DNA of 64,000 nucleotides from Eledone cirrhosa (taxonomy: Eukaryota), in NCBI GenBank assembly GCA_964016885.1, contig OZ024748.1:50282001-50346000 (forward strand), given 5' to 3'. Shown here in pieces: positions 42,246 through 58,555 of this stretch. The notes beneath the pieces were generated by a model. That model was not told the origin of the DNA. It ran no database searches and was given only the letters and a program-made list of their open reading frames with translations. A program made the translations under genes and the position numbers. Numbering within the stretch: the first letter of the stretch is position 1; each line of letters begins with the position of its first letter.

Positions 42246-42634
42246 TATCGCCGTATTTTGACTAAAGAAATTAAAGAAATTATTTAGCCTGATAGTGGGG
42301 TTAAGAACCCTCGGAGAAATGGAAAAAGATGAGTATTGACGTACATGGGAGTCGAACCCACATCTTTGGTTATCCGGACCACTGTGCTACCATTTACACC
42401 AACACATCACCCGGGTGATGTGTTGGTGTAAATGGTAGCACAGTGGTCAGGATAACCAAAGATGAGTATTGACGTACATGTACGTCAATACTCATCTTTT
42501 TCCATTTCTCCGAGGGTTCTTAACCCCACTATCAGGCTAAATAATTTCTTTAATTTCTTTAGTCAAAACACGGCGATAGCTTACATTTCTAATAATTTCA
42601 AACCCACTCGCTGTTTCGAAAATATTCTTACTTG
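42244..42634. mobile_element. Palindromic tRNA-headed element (family C)
   Basis: Head-to-head copies around cacccgggtg (centre 42412/42413), with a 54-nt tail on the right arm and (TA)n flanks. Confidence 0.85.
42337..42408 (-). other. tRNA-like SINE head (Pol III A and B boxes)
   Basis: GATGTGT-TGGTGTAAATGGTAGCAC-AGTGGTCCGGATAACCAAAGAT-GTGGGTTCGACTCCCAT-GTACGTC-A, 72 nt. D and T arms are good; the anticodon arm is irregular. Confidence 0.8.
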
Positions 42635-42694
<60 letters not shown>

Positions 42695-42696
<2 letters not shown>

Positions 42697-42845
42697 CAAA
42701 GAGGTGTGGTAAGGTTCCAGGTGGACCATAACGCACCAGAGACCTCAATAATTAGGGTAGTAGAGTGGGTAATACTTTGAGTAGTAGGTTCGGATCTAGC
42801 TGTCGAAACGGACGGAGCTCAGCCGTCGGGGTCCCGACTTTATTC
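42695..42845. mobile_element. Diverged family B (B') element
   Basis: Reverse B tail, then gttcggatctagctgtcGAAAcggacggagctcagccgTCggggt. Confidence 0.75.
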
Positions 42846-43033
42846 ATATATATATATATGAAGTTAAGTCAACCACATGGTTGTATATATAAATATATAT
42901 GTGTGTGTGTGCGCGCGCGCGCGCATACGTGTGTGTGTCAAAGGTAAACGGAAGCAACAAAAATTACAAAGCAAACAGCACAGTACATGGGAGGAATATA
43001 TTAGTTTATCGCTTGAAATAGCAAGAAGAGAGT

Positions 43034-43067
43034 CCTAATGTTTCGGACGCTAGTCTTTCATCAGAGG
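43034..43067 (-). ncRNA. Minimal PLE-type hammerhead remnant
   Basis: Minus strand reads cct-CTGATGA-aagac tagc gtcc-GAAA-cat-TA-gg. Confidence 0.55.
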
Positions 43068-43170
43068 AAAGAATGAGACAATAGGGAAGAAATAGAAAGA
43101 TTGAGGAGACGGGTGGAGCGAAATCGGAAAAAATGTTTTCAGAGAAAAATAACAGATACATTCATGTTGC

Positions 43171-43214
<44 letters not shown>

Positions 43215-43613
43215 TGTGTGTGTGTGTATATATTATGTATATATGTATGTATGTATGTACGTAATATTTGCAAGCATCAATTTACATATATGCGTAGTTG
43301 CAATTTCAATGTATAATCTCGCCAGGTAATATATTAATGATATCTATATGTACAAAATACACACAACACCTGTTTAACATCAATCACGTAATTTGACAGG
43401 TAAATTTCAGGTATGGCTTCTGTTTTATTCTTATGTTTGCGTATTTTGAAAATACAAAGTAGTAACTCTTCATGGGTTTGTTTGTCATTTTTGTACCTTT
43501 ACTTGAGCTTATTGTAATTTTCAAGTTTTTGAAGATAAGTAGAAAAATATTAAATACAAAATCACGAATATGTTGTATTTTATATCCCAGAAAAACTTAA
43601 CTGTCATATTGTA

Positions 43614-43701
<88 letters not shown>

Positions 43702-43720
43702 GTGTGTATGTGTGTGTGTA

Positions 43721-43751
<31 letters not shown>

Positions 43752-43783
43752 AAGTGTGAGTAAGTATGTGGGTATATATATAA

Positions 43784-43871
<88 letters not shown>

Positions 43872-43973
43872 ATATATATATATATCACCACCATCATCAT
43901 CATTATCATATTGTATTTTATATCCTAGAGAAACTTAACTATCATATTGTAGTATATACATACATACATACAT

Positions 43974-44044
<71 letters not shown>

Positions 44045-44355
44045 CACCACCATCATCATCATCATTATCATCCATGCTTTGCTACACCATCATCAGTATT
44101 GTCACATTTTATCGTCAACGTCATCACCTTAATTCTCATCGCCGTCGTCGTATTACTCATAACCATCGTTATCACAATCAACATCAACATGATGATGAAG
44201 ATGATGATGATGATTATCATCATCATCATCATCTTCATCGGTGCCGTTATTGTTATCACAATAATCTTGACCATCGTAAGGAGAAGGGCGTCCAGAAAGC
44301 CACCCTTGCCTTCTATAGAGGGTTACTACATAGGATTCTTCTTCTTCTTCTTCTT

Positions 44356-44386
<31 letters not shown>

Positions 44387-46049
44387 AATTTGCAACTTTC
44401 TTGATGTAAAATCGTGTGTTTGATAGAGTTACTGTACATTTTGGGAGGGTCATGTTGCCAATAAATCACACTACCCTTGCTCCTTTGTATCACATATTTG
44501 TTTTGAATCTGTTCTATTTACACCGTATTGTCTTTGTGCTGCTGTTTAGGGGCCATTTTCCTTCTTGTCTATGTGTATCGCCATATCCTAGAAGATAGAT
44601 ATCATATTCCTCGAGACTATTTGTAGCGTGGCCAGACCACCACTTTTCTATTGGTATTTCAAAACAATGTCAAAAGCTTTGTTGTATGTGTATCGCAACT
44701 CTCTACGTTGGTAATTGTCCCTTCCTCATTTCTAAAATTACTCAATACATTCTACTTTAAAATATAATCGCCCCAATGCAAATGAACATAACAATAACAG
44801 TATTTTTTAGGTGGATTTTGGTGGAGATGTTTTGATCTTGTGCCTCAATTAACAGTCCCGCTCCCTTGACGTTAAAGTATTTGAATTGTTCCTATCTACC
44901 ACCTAACTGTTCAGCTTTGTCTGGTTTAGACCATATAGTTTTTTTTTTTTGCAAGAAGTTCTGTTTTTGGCTAGATTTTCTTCTTTTCCCAAAACGTACC
45001 AGTGCAGTACTTAGGTCGATTCATCCTCTATATCTCTTTTTCCCTTCTTCTCTATCATTATCTCCTTCTCGGGAGAAAGTGATGGGCCCCTCTAGGTTTA
45101 AAAATGTTCAAGATACTCCTACGTCAATCCGAGGCCAATATAACTCCATTAGGATTTACAGGTCCAGTTAATAGAAATTGTATTTTATAGCACTGTAAGC
45201 CTAGGTTCGATGAAAGGACGAACATTTGTCTCCTCAAAACACCAATTACTCTCTTAAATATATATTCAAACCTGTCCCACTTTTGGTGAGGCGTATCTAT
45301 GTAAGCGTTTTCTTTTCTCAGTCTCGAATATTTTTTTTTTTTTTTCGTTTAAGGAGACATACGATTTACTGAAACAGTCTTGCCATCGTTCGTTCTGGGT
45401 TTCGGTCTTGTCCATATTATAAAACAACCTATTGGTTGCATAATGAGCAAACATATTTTTGTTTCATTTCTAATTTTGTTTTACAAACGTTAGTGAATGT
45501 GATAGTATTTCTGTTTATTTTTTATTGTTGCTATTGTCAAGTGACGTATGAAATACATTTTCGGTGCTAAAAAATTCTTTCTTTTGATTTTAGAAATGGG
45601 AAAATATTTATGTCCATGTTGTAATTTTCTGTGTCGTATTTACAGAATTGTTTCGATTTTCCTTTGAGTTAGAGAATTCTTTTGCCGCCGCCATTATATT
45701 AAATATTTCGTTGGAAGTCAAAACAAGTCGATATAGAAACAGTCTACATAAAATAACTTTTGACGCTAAGGGGCAAAAATACAAACAATTGGTTTTGAAA
45801 TGGTATGCACATGAAGTAGAAAATTTCCTACACTTAAAAGCAGTTAATATTCGAAATTCGCAAGAGCCGAAATATAAAGGCCTCGACAATGCAAGAACGA
45901 ATAATAAAAGAAGCAAAATACCAGAAATATAAGCAGCATATGAAAAGGCATAGTTGTGTCTGCGGAGTTGAACGCAAAACGTAAAAACCCAGAAAAAATA
46001 CCGCAAAGGATTTTTATTCATCTAAAAAATTGTTTGCATCGATAGAAAA

Positions 46050-46340
46050 CCAAAAATGTGGGGCAACAGTGGGTGAACTAAATATATTCAGTACTTTATC
46101 GCATGTCTGTGAATTTTGTTCGACGCTCTAATAATTCTTTCAAATAATGTTTTCTGATTTAGGTACAAGCCCAGTAATTTTAAGAAACGTGAAAGTTAAT
46201 TGATTCGATCCCAGTTTATTTCTCTCTACTTTATTTTATCGACCCAATAGGGTGAAAGGCAAATCTAACCTCCGCACGATTAGAACTCAGTGCGTAAAAT
46301 GTTGTTCAACTCTCTAGCGATACTGCCAAATCCACCGCCC
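46050..46340 (-). mobile_element. SINE S1, diverged, minus strand
   Basis: tactttattttatcgacccaatagggtgaaaggcaaa...gaactcag...ctctagcgatactgcca. Confidence 0.7.
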
Positions 46341-46399
46341 AATTATTTATAATAATAATTAAACCTAATAAGATGTATTATCTTTGGAGTAATTCCAAA

Positions 46400-46780
46400 G
46401 GGCGGTGAATTTGCAGTATCGGCAGAGGGTTGAACATGCTTTGCTGCATAGTTACCTCCCTTTACGATTGAGTTCAAATCCCGTCGAGTTAACTTTACCT
46501 TTCATCCTTACGGGGGTCGATAAAATAAAGTACCAGTAATGTACTGGATAATTGCTGGCCTTGTGCCAAAAGTAGAAACAATTATTATGGGCGGGGGATT
46601 ATCAGTATCGGTAGAGGGTCGGACGCCATGCTTTGCTGCATAGTTACCTCCCTTTATGATCTGAGTTCAAATCCCACCGAGGTTAACTTTGCCTTTCATC
46701 CATACGGGGTCGATAAAATAAAGCACCAGTAATGTACTGGATAATTGTTGGCCTTGTGCCAAAAGTAGAAACAATTATCT
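46400..46780 (+). mobile_element. Two tandem near-full SINE S1 copies (~190 bp)
   Basis: ggcggtgaatttgcagtatcggcagag...gagttcaaatccc...ctttcatcc.tacggggtcgataaaataaag.accag...ccttgtgccaaaagtagaaacaattat, twice. Confidence 0.85.
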
Positions 46781-46994
46781 TTCGAGTAATTCACTGTGTT
46801 TAGTTACAACCCATATCGTTTACCATTAACCACAATCCAGTTGAACATTGGTGGCGAGGAAAGGGGAGACAGTTATACAGAGGCAACTGGTGGTCTTCAA
46901 CAAAGAAAAAAATTTGCCTGTGCATATGCCTCGCAGAAAAACATTCCAGGTGCAAAAGTCATGGTCATTCTTGCTCGAAGGGGTATTTACCCAC

Positions 46995-47044
<50 letters not shown>

Positions 47045-47278
47045 GTGAAGAACCGGGAGGTTATATCCAAAGTTGGTAGAGCACTTAATCCGAAGAACGA
47101 GTTCGGAACAGAGTTTGTCCCAGAAAAGTTAACACCACCACACTTGGGAAAACACATTTCACCAGAAGGATTCTTCGTGAACAGTCTGTTCTTAAGTATG
47201 GTTTGTTAATTTGTTGTGGAACTAACTCTCTCCCTCGCCCCCTCTCTCCCCCTTTTCTCTCTCTCTGTCTCACTCTCA

Positions 47279-47344
<66 letters not shown>

Positions 47345-48097
47345 CTAGCTAGCTAGCTAGATAGATAGATATACATATATACATATACATACAGATAGCG
47401 CTTCTTATATAGTTCTATTTGTTAAAGACATTATCTATTTCCGAGTTTCAAGTTTGTTATTATAATTATCTAATATAGCATCTACAGTTCATTTGGAACA
47501 ATAAAGTTCATAAGTTAATCGACGTTTCTAGACTTTCACAGTCGTATCATTAGAAATGTTGGCTTTTATTGGTTTTACTGCATCTGCTATTGCAGTCTTA
47601 TGTATTATATAAAGGTTTATGTAGTTATTTCATAGCCAGTCTTATATGGCATTTATCCCGGAATTTGAACATGGCGGTTACATATATACAATGAAGGATA
47701 CGCAATTATAAGGTGTGAATGATATTCGTATGATTGACATTAAACAGAATAATGATTTAGGTTTCAGATACAGATTCCGGTAGGAAATTCATCGAATGGT
47801 GGTGGGTTAGGACATGAATGCATACAACCCCATAAAGTACACATGATCACAATAACAAAAACAAACAAATTACTCCTGATGATGAGACAGTAAAGGGTCT
47901 GGAAACGTGGTTTAAAAACATAGATTTAACACATTTGTACTACGAAACGAAATCTAGATAACTGATTAGAAAATAGAAGAATGTTCCAATAAAAAAAATT
48001 GAAAATCGAATATGGTCGACATTTAATAAGACATACACACATGCAAACACACTCACGCACACACATATATATGTATACACACACACATATAAATAAT

Positions 48098-48165
<68 letters not shown>

Positions 48166-48464
48166 GTGTGTATAGGGGGGGGGGTTGTATGAATATATGT
48201 AGGTATATAAACATGCAAATATTCCAGACGCTCACATCGATATGTACATTGAAACAAGCATTCAAATCTTAACACTGAAAACCCCTCCACATAAAGCAGA
48301 AAATGTGCACATCTCTCTCTTTATATATATATTTATATATATATATACATTCATACTTACATATATACATATACAAGCATATATGGATACATATATATAT
48401 ATATATATGTATATATATTTTATATATATATACATATGCATATATATACATATATTTATATATA

Positions 48465-48531
<67 letters not shown>

Positions 48532-48659
48532 CTGACATACAATCAAACATTTTAAGACAAAAGCACATCTATGAATTTAATGAATTTTAATCCACCCTAA
48601 AATATATAAAAGTTAAAAACACTAAAAAAGGATTTAAGATAGAAAAGTGCGCGTAATAT

Positions 48660-48904
<245 letters not shown>

Positions 48905-49181
48905 GGGATAAATCAAAATATACTCATATATGTGTTTTAAAATAAGTGTATGTTTACTAATATGTATGTACACACCCACACATATAGATACTAATAAATG
49001 AATATATATATATATATATACACATATATATGTATATATAAAAAAAAATATTTATATGTATGTATACACATATATATATTTTTATATATATTTATATATA
49101 TACATATATAATATATGTATACATATATGCATATATATATGTATGTATATATATATATGTGTATGTATATATATATATATA

Positions 49182-49212
<31 letters not shown>

Positions 49213-49262
49213 TACATATATATATATATAAATATATATAGTATAATATATATATATTTATA

Positions 49263-49318
<56 letters not shown>

Positions 49319-49340
49319 CAGATTTATATATATACATATA

Positions 49341-49411
<71 letters not shown>

Positions 49412-49853
49412 ATATATACTAGTTAAAAGTTATGGAGTTTGGCACACTTTTACCTCTGATTTTCTTTCTGTCAGATGGGTGTGCTCGAGGCATTTTCAAG
49501 TATTGAAAATACACAATTAAATAATTTAATCAAATCTGAAAATTTCCTACAAATACTCGACTGTAAATTTTGAAAATAATAAATATTATGTATTTATGCA
49601 TTATTTTTGGAAATCTATTAATTTAGATCTGCTAAGTCAATAAAACTCATCTTTATTAATTGTACAGTTTGGATACTTGCACTAGACTCCATATAAACAA
49701 TTATTACACTCAGAAATATTGACACACAATAACTTATACATTTAAACATACTGAATTAAACGTAACATACACATATACACACTGGTATTTGTACCTGAAT
49801 ACATTTCAGTATATGTCGAAATAAGTATGAATGTATGCATATTTGTATGTATG

Positions 49854-49885
<32 letters not shown>

Positions 49886-50203
49886 TGTATATATGTATGT
49901 ATATAAATATATATATATGTGTGTATGTATGTATGTATGTATGTATGTATGTATGTATGTATGTATGTATGTGTATGTGTGTATGTGTGTATGTATGTGT
50001 ATATGTATATATGTATATAAATATATATATATATATATATATTTATGTATGTATGTATGTATGTATGTATCTATGTATGTATGTATGTATGTATGTGTGT
50101 ATGTATGTGTATATTGTGTGCGTGTGTGTTTGTGTGTACCTCTGCAGATATATTTTTCGCATGTGTTGAAATCTACTCATATTTGTATGTATGTATCTCT
50201 TTT

Positions 50204-50252
<49 letters not shown>

Positions 50253-50415
50253 ATGTGTGTGCGCGTATGTGCGTGCGTGCGTGCGTGCGTGTGTGTGTGT
50301 GTATTAGAAAGTGTTGGAACCAGACGGCTGAACTCTTGCCGATTCAACCGCTATTTCCAGACTGGTTAAATCGGCATGGATATATATATGATATGAATAT
50401 ATACATACATGCACG

Positions 50416-50461
<46 letters not shown>

Positions 50462-50609
50462 CACACACCAACATATACACACACACACACATATATATAT
50501 ATTTGTGTGTGTCTGTGTCTGTGTCTGTCTGTCTGTCTGCCTGTATGTGTGTCTGTCGGTAACTACATCAGTAGGTGTGCGTGTGTGTGTGATTTACACA
50601 TATATACTA

Positions 50610-50845
50610 ATAATAATGAAATTATTGTGTACAGTGCTCAGGTGCACTACAACTCATCAAAGGTGCATGTATAGTACATAGAATAATGTACAAATGTCAG
50701 GAAAATGAACAGTGTATGAGTCATGATATAATAATAATAACAATAATGAAATATTGTGTACAGTGCCCAGGTGCACCACAACTCATCAAAAAAGTCACAT
50801 GTACAGTACATAGGGCAATGCGCAAACATCAGTAAAATATACAAC
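50610..50845 (-). repeat. Two diverged ~130-bp tandem retroposon 3' ends with (TAA)n tails
   Basis: taataatgaa..attgtgtacagtgc.caggtgcac.acaactcatcaaa occurs twice. Confidence 0.6.
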
Positions 50846-50910
50846 ATATTTTTCTGTTCCTTCTATTCTTACATTCGTCTAAATTTGTGTTCCTGCTTGT
50901 ATATCCCATT

Positions 50911-50950
50911 TTAACTTCTGACGAAGGACTTGCATCCGAAATGTTAAAAC
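50911..50950 (+). ncRNA. Minimal PLE-type hammerhead remnant
   Basis: actt-CTGACGA-agga cttgca tcc-GAAA-tgt-TA-aaac. Confidence 0.5.
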
Positions 50951-51451
50951 ACTGTTCCATTTTCCTGTAACGGGCGTCACTCCTTTATCAGACTAAGATT
51001 CCGGTCGATTCATAAAATAATCTTGATGATGGCCCATATAACCCCGTTCTCTTAAAACAAATCTTTGGGGTGGTTATCTCTGAATGCTTGACCTGTGAAT
51101 TGAATGACCTATACAAATCAGTCCATATTATCTGTAAACGTTGGTGAAGTTTCTCCGACTTGCATTGCCTACACATATATAACACATATCTAACCCATGC
51201 TAGCGTGGAAAATGGACGTTAAACGTAGATGATGATGATGATGATGATATATCCTCGTATACTGTCTCTCTTTATATTATTCACATACATATTATACATA
51301 CATATATGCATACGTGTATATATATATACATATATACATATATATATATATGAAAGCAAAGTAAGTTTACATATCAACATCTACCTTAGTATCATGATTT
51401 GCATTAACTTAACATCGTTTAACATCGGCTCCCCTTGGTAGCGAAAGTTTA

Positions 51452-51486
<35 letters not shown>

Positions 51487-51652
51487 TCTATATATATATA
51501 CACATATATAGATATATACACACCGATATATATACTATATATAAATATATATATATGTGTGTATAGAGAGGGGGGGGGGTGTATATACATGTGAATATAA
51601 ATATGTATGCATATATATGTATATAAGAATATATATTAATATAACTGTAGCA

Positions 51653-51728
<76 letters not shown>

Positions 51729-51734
51729 TCATAT

Positions 51735-51835
<101 letters not shown>

Positions 51836-51838
51836 TAT

Positions 51839-51901
<63 letters not shown>

Positions 51902-51906
51902 TATAT

Positions 51907-51965
<59 letters not shown>

Positions 51966-52106
51966 TATACATATATACATATATACATATATATATATAC
52001 ATACATATATATATATATATATACACATATATATATATATACATACATATATATATACATACATATATATATATATATATACATATATACATATATACAT
52101 ATATAT

Positions 52107-52194
<88 letters not shown>

Positions 52195-52564
52195 GTATGT
52201 CTATATGGAAATATGACCATACAATTCAATAAATGAACACCGTCAATTATACGACATTGATGTTATTCAGAAAGGAATTATCGATGTAAATGATGAGCAA
52301 TTAGGTCCAGGTTGTAATTGAAACAATCTGGGCATATGACCCCTCTCATCCATTGGGAGCTTACAGCCGTTCTACCTTTCCCAAGACATGCTTCCATGCA
52401 TATGTATATGTATATATATCCATATATAATGTCCTCTAAAATAAAGGTACACCAGAATTTGCATATATGAGAAATATATTGAAATATATTGGAACATACA
52501 CTTATGATCGCCCATTGAGTCATACATGTATATAGATATATTTATAGGCTGACATAGATACATA

Positions 52565-52619
<55 letters not shown>

Positions 52620-52653
52620 ATATATATGTGTGTATATATATATGTATATATAT

Positions 52654-53171
<518 letters not shown>

Positions 53172-53175
53172 AAAA

Positions 53176-53214
<39 letters not shown>

Positions 53215-53355
53215 TATGAACAGAGAAGAAACATTTAGATATAATAAGTAATAAAATGTATCATACCTAAACTGCTCCTAGATTCCTCGACTACGTAGTT
53301 TCGTGGCATAAACAAAAATATATATATATATAAAGATATATATATATATATACAA

Positions 53356-53430
<75 letters not shown>

Positions 53431-53450
53431 CATATTTTATATATATATAT

Positions 53451-53635
53451 AACGGAGGAATTGTGGTAAGGAACCAGATGGACCATAACGCACCAGAGTA
53501 CTCAATACTTAGGGTAGTAGAGTGGGTAATAGGAGAAAGTATGACCCCGATGGCAGAGTTCAAGCCGTTTCGACGGCTATTTCTGAAATAGCCGTCGAAA
53601 CGACTTGAGCTCTGCCGTCGGGGTCATACTTTCTC
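53451..53635 (-). mobile_element. Family B palindromic element
   Basis: Reverse tail plus arms around ggctatttctgaaatagcc. Confidence 0.9.
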
Positions 53636-53636
53636 A

Positions 53637-53673
<37 letters not shown>

Positions 53674-53704
53674 GTATGCATGTGTGTACATATATACATA
53701 TAGC

Positions 53705-53849
<145 letters not shown>

Positions 53850-54179
53850 GAGAAAGCGTGGAAATCAATATATACTCTTTTACTCCTTTACCTGTTCCAG
53901 CCATCCGGCTGAGGCCATGCTGGGGCACCTATATAAATAGTATTACTCTTATTATTATCAATCATAGTAGTAATAATAATAAAAATAACAATAATGATAA
54001 TAATGATAATATTAATAATAATAATAATGTTTCTTTCATTTAGGCACATGGCCAGCAATTTGAGGGTTAGAGATTACATCGATCACACTTCTTGATTGAT
54101 ACATCAATTTATCGACCAAGAGAAATGAATACTAAAATCAAATTTATACGTTTAGCATTGTATACAGACAAACACACAC

Positions 54180-54790
54180 ATACATATATATATGTATATA
54201 TATACACATATCCATATATATATGTATATATACACATATCCATATATATATATGTATATATATACACATATCCATATATATATATATGTATATATACACA
54301 TATCCATATATATATATGTATATATACACATATCCATATATATATGTATATATACACATATCCATATATATATGTATATATACACATATCCATATATATA
54401 TGTATATATACACATATCCATATATATATGTATATATACACATATCCATATATATATGTACATATACACATATCCATATATATATATGTATATATACACA
54501 CATCCATATATATATGTATATATATACACATATCCATATATATATATATATGTATATATACACATATCCATATATATATGTATATATACACATATCCATA
54601 TATATATATGTATATATACACATATCCATATATATATATGTATATATACACACATCCATATATATATGTATATATATACACATATCCATATATATATATA
54701 TATGTATATATACACATATCCATATATATATGTATATATACACATATCCATATATATATATGTATATATACACATATCCATATATATATG
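54180..54790. repeat. 26-32 bp minisatellite ACACATATCC(AT)nGT(AT)n
   Basis: About 21 tandem units. Confidence 0.95.
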
Positions 54791-54872
54791 CTGAGCTCCG
54801 GTCGTTTCAACAGTTAGATCCGAACTAAGTCAGCAATATACATACATAAATACATATATATATGCATGTATA

Positions 54873-54938
<66 letters not shown>

Positions 54939-55040
54939 ATATATATCCATATATATATATATATATGTATACTTATAAATTACACATAATTCCATATGCA
55001 TGTACATGTATGAATAAAAGTATGAACTATTTGTAGATAA

Positions 55041-55084
<44 letters not shown>

Positions 55085-55200
55085 TATACATGCATATATA
55101 TATATGTATATATGTATGTATGTATATATGTATTGCTGACTTAGTTCGTATATAATTGTCGAAACGGCCGGGCTAGCTCAGCTGCCGGGGTCCTGACTAA

Positions 55201-55314
<114 letters not shown>

Positions 55315-55318
55315 ATAT

Positions 55319-55349
<31 letters not shown>

Positions 55350-55368
55350 AATATATATATATACATAC

Positions 55369-55429
<61 letters not shown>

Positions 55430-55778
55430 CATATATCCATATATATATATATATACATATATATGGAAAGATATATAGATAGATAGTTAAATGAAAGTTA
55501 TTAGCTCTTTGTTGTATTTGCTTTTATATTTGCAGGGGCCAAATAAATGAAAGCTTTTGTTAATGTTTTTGTTTCATATATAGAGGAATATATTTCTTTA
55601 AAATAATTACCAAAAAAACATTTGAAGTCCTTGTCCTAACATAACTCCAAATATGGTAGAATAGTATATATAAGTAAGAGATAAGGCTTTCGTATAAATA
55701 CATAGGTGTGGTAGAATTTTTTCAACTTTCTATACTACACGGATAGCTATATTTATATTTATATCTATATATATTTCT

Positions 55779-55827
<49 letters not shown>

Positions 55828-56100
55828 GAGTGAATGGGCCTTCTCTCTATATCAGCCTGTAGGTTGAGGAAAAGGAGAAGGAGAGGAAAGGAGTACAAGC
55901 TCTTCGTACTCCTGGAGATGAGGGTTGCACATTTTTTTTCGGGGGTATGTGTTACCCATATAAACTGTCTCCCTCTATTGGGGAAAATCGACTAACTTTT
56001 AAATTCCATCTGTGATAACATTTTACACGTTTTTATTGTATGTAAACTTCCCCCTTTGTATTTGTCCCCTTCTTTTGTGCCCCTGTGGCTAATAAAGAAA
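55828..56100 (+). mobile_element. Tx1/L1-like LINE 3' UTR (third copy)
   Basis: tgggccttctctctatat..gcctgtaggttgaggaaaa...gtggctaataaagaaa, flanked by (TATC)n on both sides. Confidence 0.85.
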
Positions 56101-56178
56101 TCTATCTATCTATCTATATATATATATATATCTATGTACCTATTTCTCTATATCAGAATCTATCTATATATACATATA

Positions 56179-56224
<46 letters not shown>

Positions 56225-56257
56225 ATATATATATATACATACACACAGACATAAACT

Positions 56258-56291
<34 letters not shown>

Positions 56292-56477
56292 CGTATGTGT
56301 GTGTGCGCGCGCGTGTGTGTGTGTGTGTGTGCATGTGATAATTAACGCGTTTAAAATATCACCTGGTTGTGATGATCAGAAATATATGTGTAGAATTACT
56401 TATTCATACATTAAGACATACATACGACCTCGTTCATATCCGTAGATACATATTTATATATCTACAAAGTGCTTGCA

Positions 56478-56575
<98 letters not shown>

Positions 56576-56617
56576 AGTGAAATTACAGGGGACAAAAATT
56601 ATTTATTACTGAAAACG

Positions 56618-56651
<34 letters not shown>

Positions 56652-56659
56652 TATATACT

Positions 56660-56728
<69 letters not shown>

Positions 56729-56876
56729 ATATATTTATATATGTATATATATATATATAAATATATAAATATATATATATATATATACATGCACACATAC
56801 ATAACCACATATACATATATATTTATATTAATATATGTATATGTATATGTATATATATATATCTTTATATCTATCT

Positions 56877-56907
<31 letters not shown>

Positions 56908-56975
56908 CATATAATACACATACATATATATATGCATAGAAATATAAATATATATATATACATATATATATATAC

Positions 56976-57152
56976 ATTTATCCCTGGTCCAATGTACTCA
57001 ATACAAAGCAGAGTATAAATATTTACTATAAAATGGCTTCTATAGGACTAAAACTCTTTCATTCGAGTGAAATCATCAGGAAAGCGCTTTCAGAAAGACC
57101 TTTCCTGAAGATTTCTCCCGAATGAAACAGCTCTAGTCCCGTGGAAGCCATT

Positions 57153-57160
<8 letters not shown>
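56976..57160. mobile_element. Diverged palindromic subfamily A' element
   Basis: Arms aaatggcttc...tcatcaggaaag / ctttcCTGAAGAtttctcccgaatGAAAcagctctagtcccgtggaagccattt. Confidence 0.8.
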
Positions 57161-57204
<44 letters not shown>

Positions 57205-57607
57205 CTACTAATTCTTGTCTATCAAGATTTCTGAGGGGCCAGTCCGACGCATGGGGAAGTTAGAGACTTAGGGTCACTAACATAAAAACGATTACGGGCG
57301 ATGTGTTATGTCATTTAGCGAAACATAGTATTTCACGTGACACTAGACAACACAGCTATTTCAAATTGAGCTTGTATGTCCAAGGGGCAGCATTTACACA
57401 AATTACTTCAGCTGAATCTCCCTGAGTATTACGTGAAGAATATAGGTGTCTGGAGAAAGTACAGGCTATATCAAAGAAATATATGTTGCAGTATACATTC
57501 ATAATTATTAAGCGGTACATTGTGGTAAGGATCCATGTGTGATTATATAAAAATATGGTCCAAACTCACACACATACATAAGAATATATATATATATATA
57601 TGTGTAC

Positions 57608-57696
<89 letters not shown>

Positions 57697-57926
57697 TGAT
57701 AATGTATATAGAAAAATTTAAGATGCCAATGTAATGATATTTTAGACCTCTTCACCCCCCTCCCTCCCACACATATATATGTGTGTGTGTGTATATATTT
57801 ATAAATATATATGCATAGAAATATAAATGTATATATATATATATGTGTATATATATATATATGTGTGTGTGTATATACATACATGCATGCATACATATAT
57901 ACATACACACACACACACACACACTC

Positions 57927-57966
<40 letters not shown>

Positions 57967-58149
57967 TAATACAATATGTACTTTAAAATCTGACTGGAGT
58001 TTCATAATATATAAACAACGAATACCATGTATACATGTTTGATGTATATATGTAGATTGTGTATTCGGTATTTCTCGGGTACTTTCACTATATATACAAT
58101 TATGTAAGCAAATATACAACAAATGTTTATATATGTATACATATATACT

Positions 58150-58258
58150 GTATACTCTTTTACTCTTTTACCTGTTTCAGCCATCCGGCTGAGGCCATGC
58201 TGGGGCACCGCCCTTGTTGCTACACATTTTATCTCCAGCCTGTATAGGTTGGCCACTG

Positions 58259-58260
<2 letters not shown>
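58150..58260 (-). mobile_element. SINE S3 3' end (also 53872-53930)
   Basis: tactcttttactc.tttacctgtt.cagccatccggctgaggccatgctggggcacc occurs twice in the window. Confidence 0.65.
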
Positions 58261-58295
<35 letters not shown>

Positions 58296-58296
<1 letters not shown>

Positions 58297-58480
58297 GTTT
58301 TTCCGGGTTGAATCGGAGGTAACCACAGTAAGTAAGGTACTCAATACATAGCAGAGTATAAAAGTTTTAATATAGATGAGATTCTACAGGACTAGAACTG
58401 TTTCATTCTTTAGAAATCATCAGAGATTCCTGATGATTTCTAAAGAATGAAACAGTTCTAGTCCTGTAGAATCTCATCTA

Positions 58481-58481
<1 letters not shown>
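58296..58481 (-). mobile_element. Family A palindromic element
   Basis: Full reverse tail with inverted HHR arms; (TA)n flanks. Confidence 0.92.
58423..58475 (+). ncRNA. Type I hammerhead ribozyme motif (family A, consensus-like)
   Basis: GAGATTC-CTGATGA-tTTC taaa GAAt-GAAA-CAG ttctagtc CTG-TA-GAATCTC. Confidence 0.88.

Positions 58482-58555
<74 letters not shown>

Noticed and set aside
42337-42408. Functional tRNA gene
   Set aside because: The anticodon arm is irregular, the acceptor stem has three G-U pairs and it is embedded in a repeat body; treated as a SINE head.
44400-46050. Short ORFs and possible degenerate transposon coding sequence
   Set aside because: No recognisable domain; AT-rich with frequent stops.
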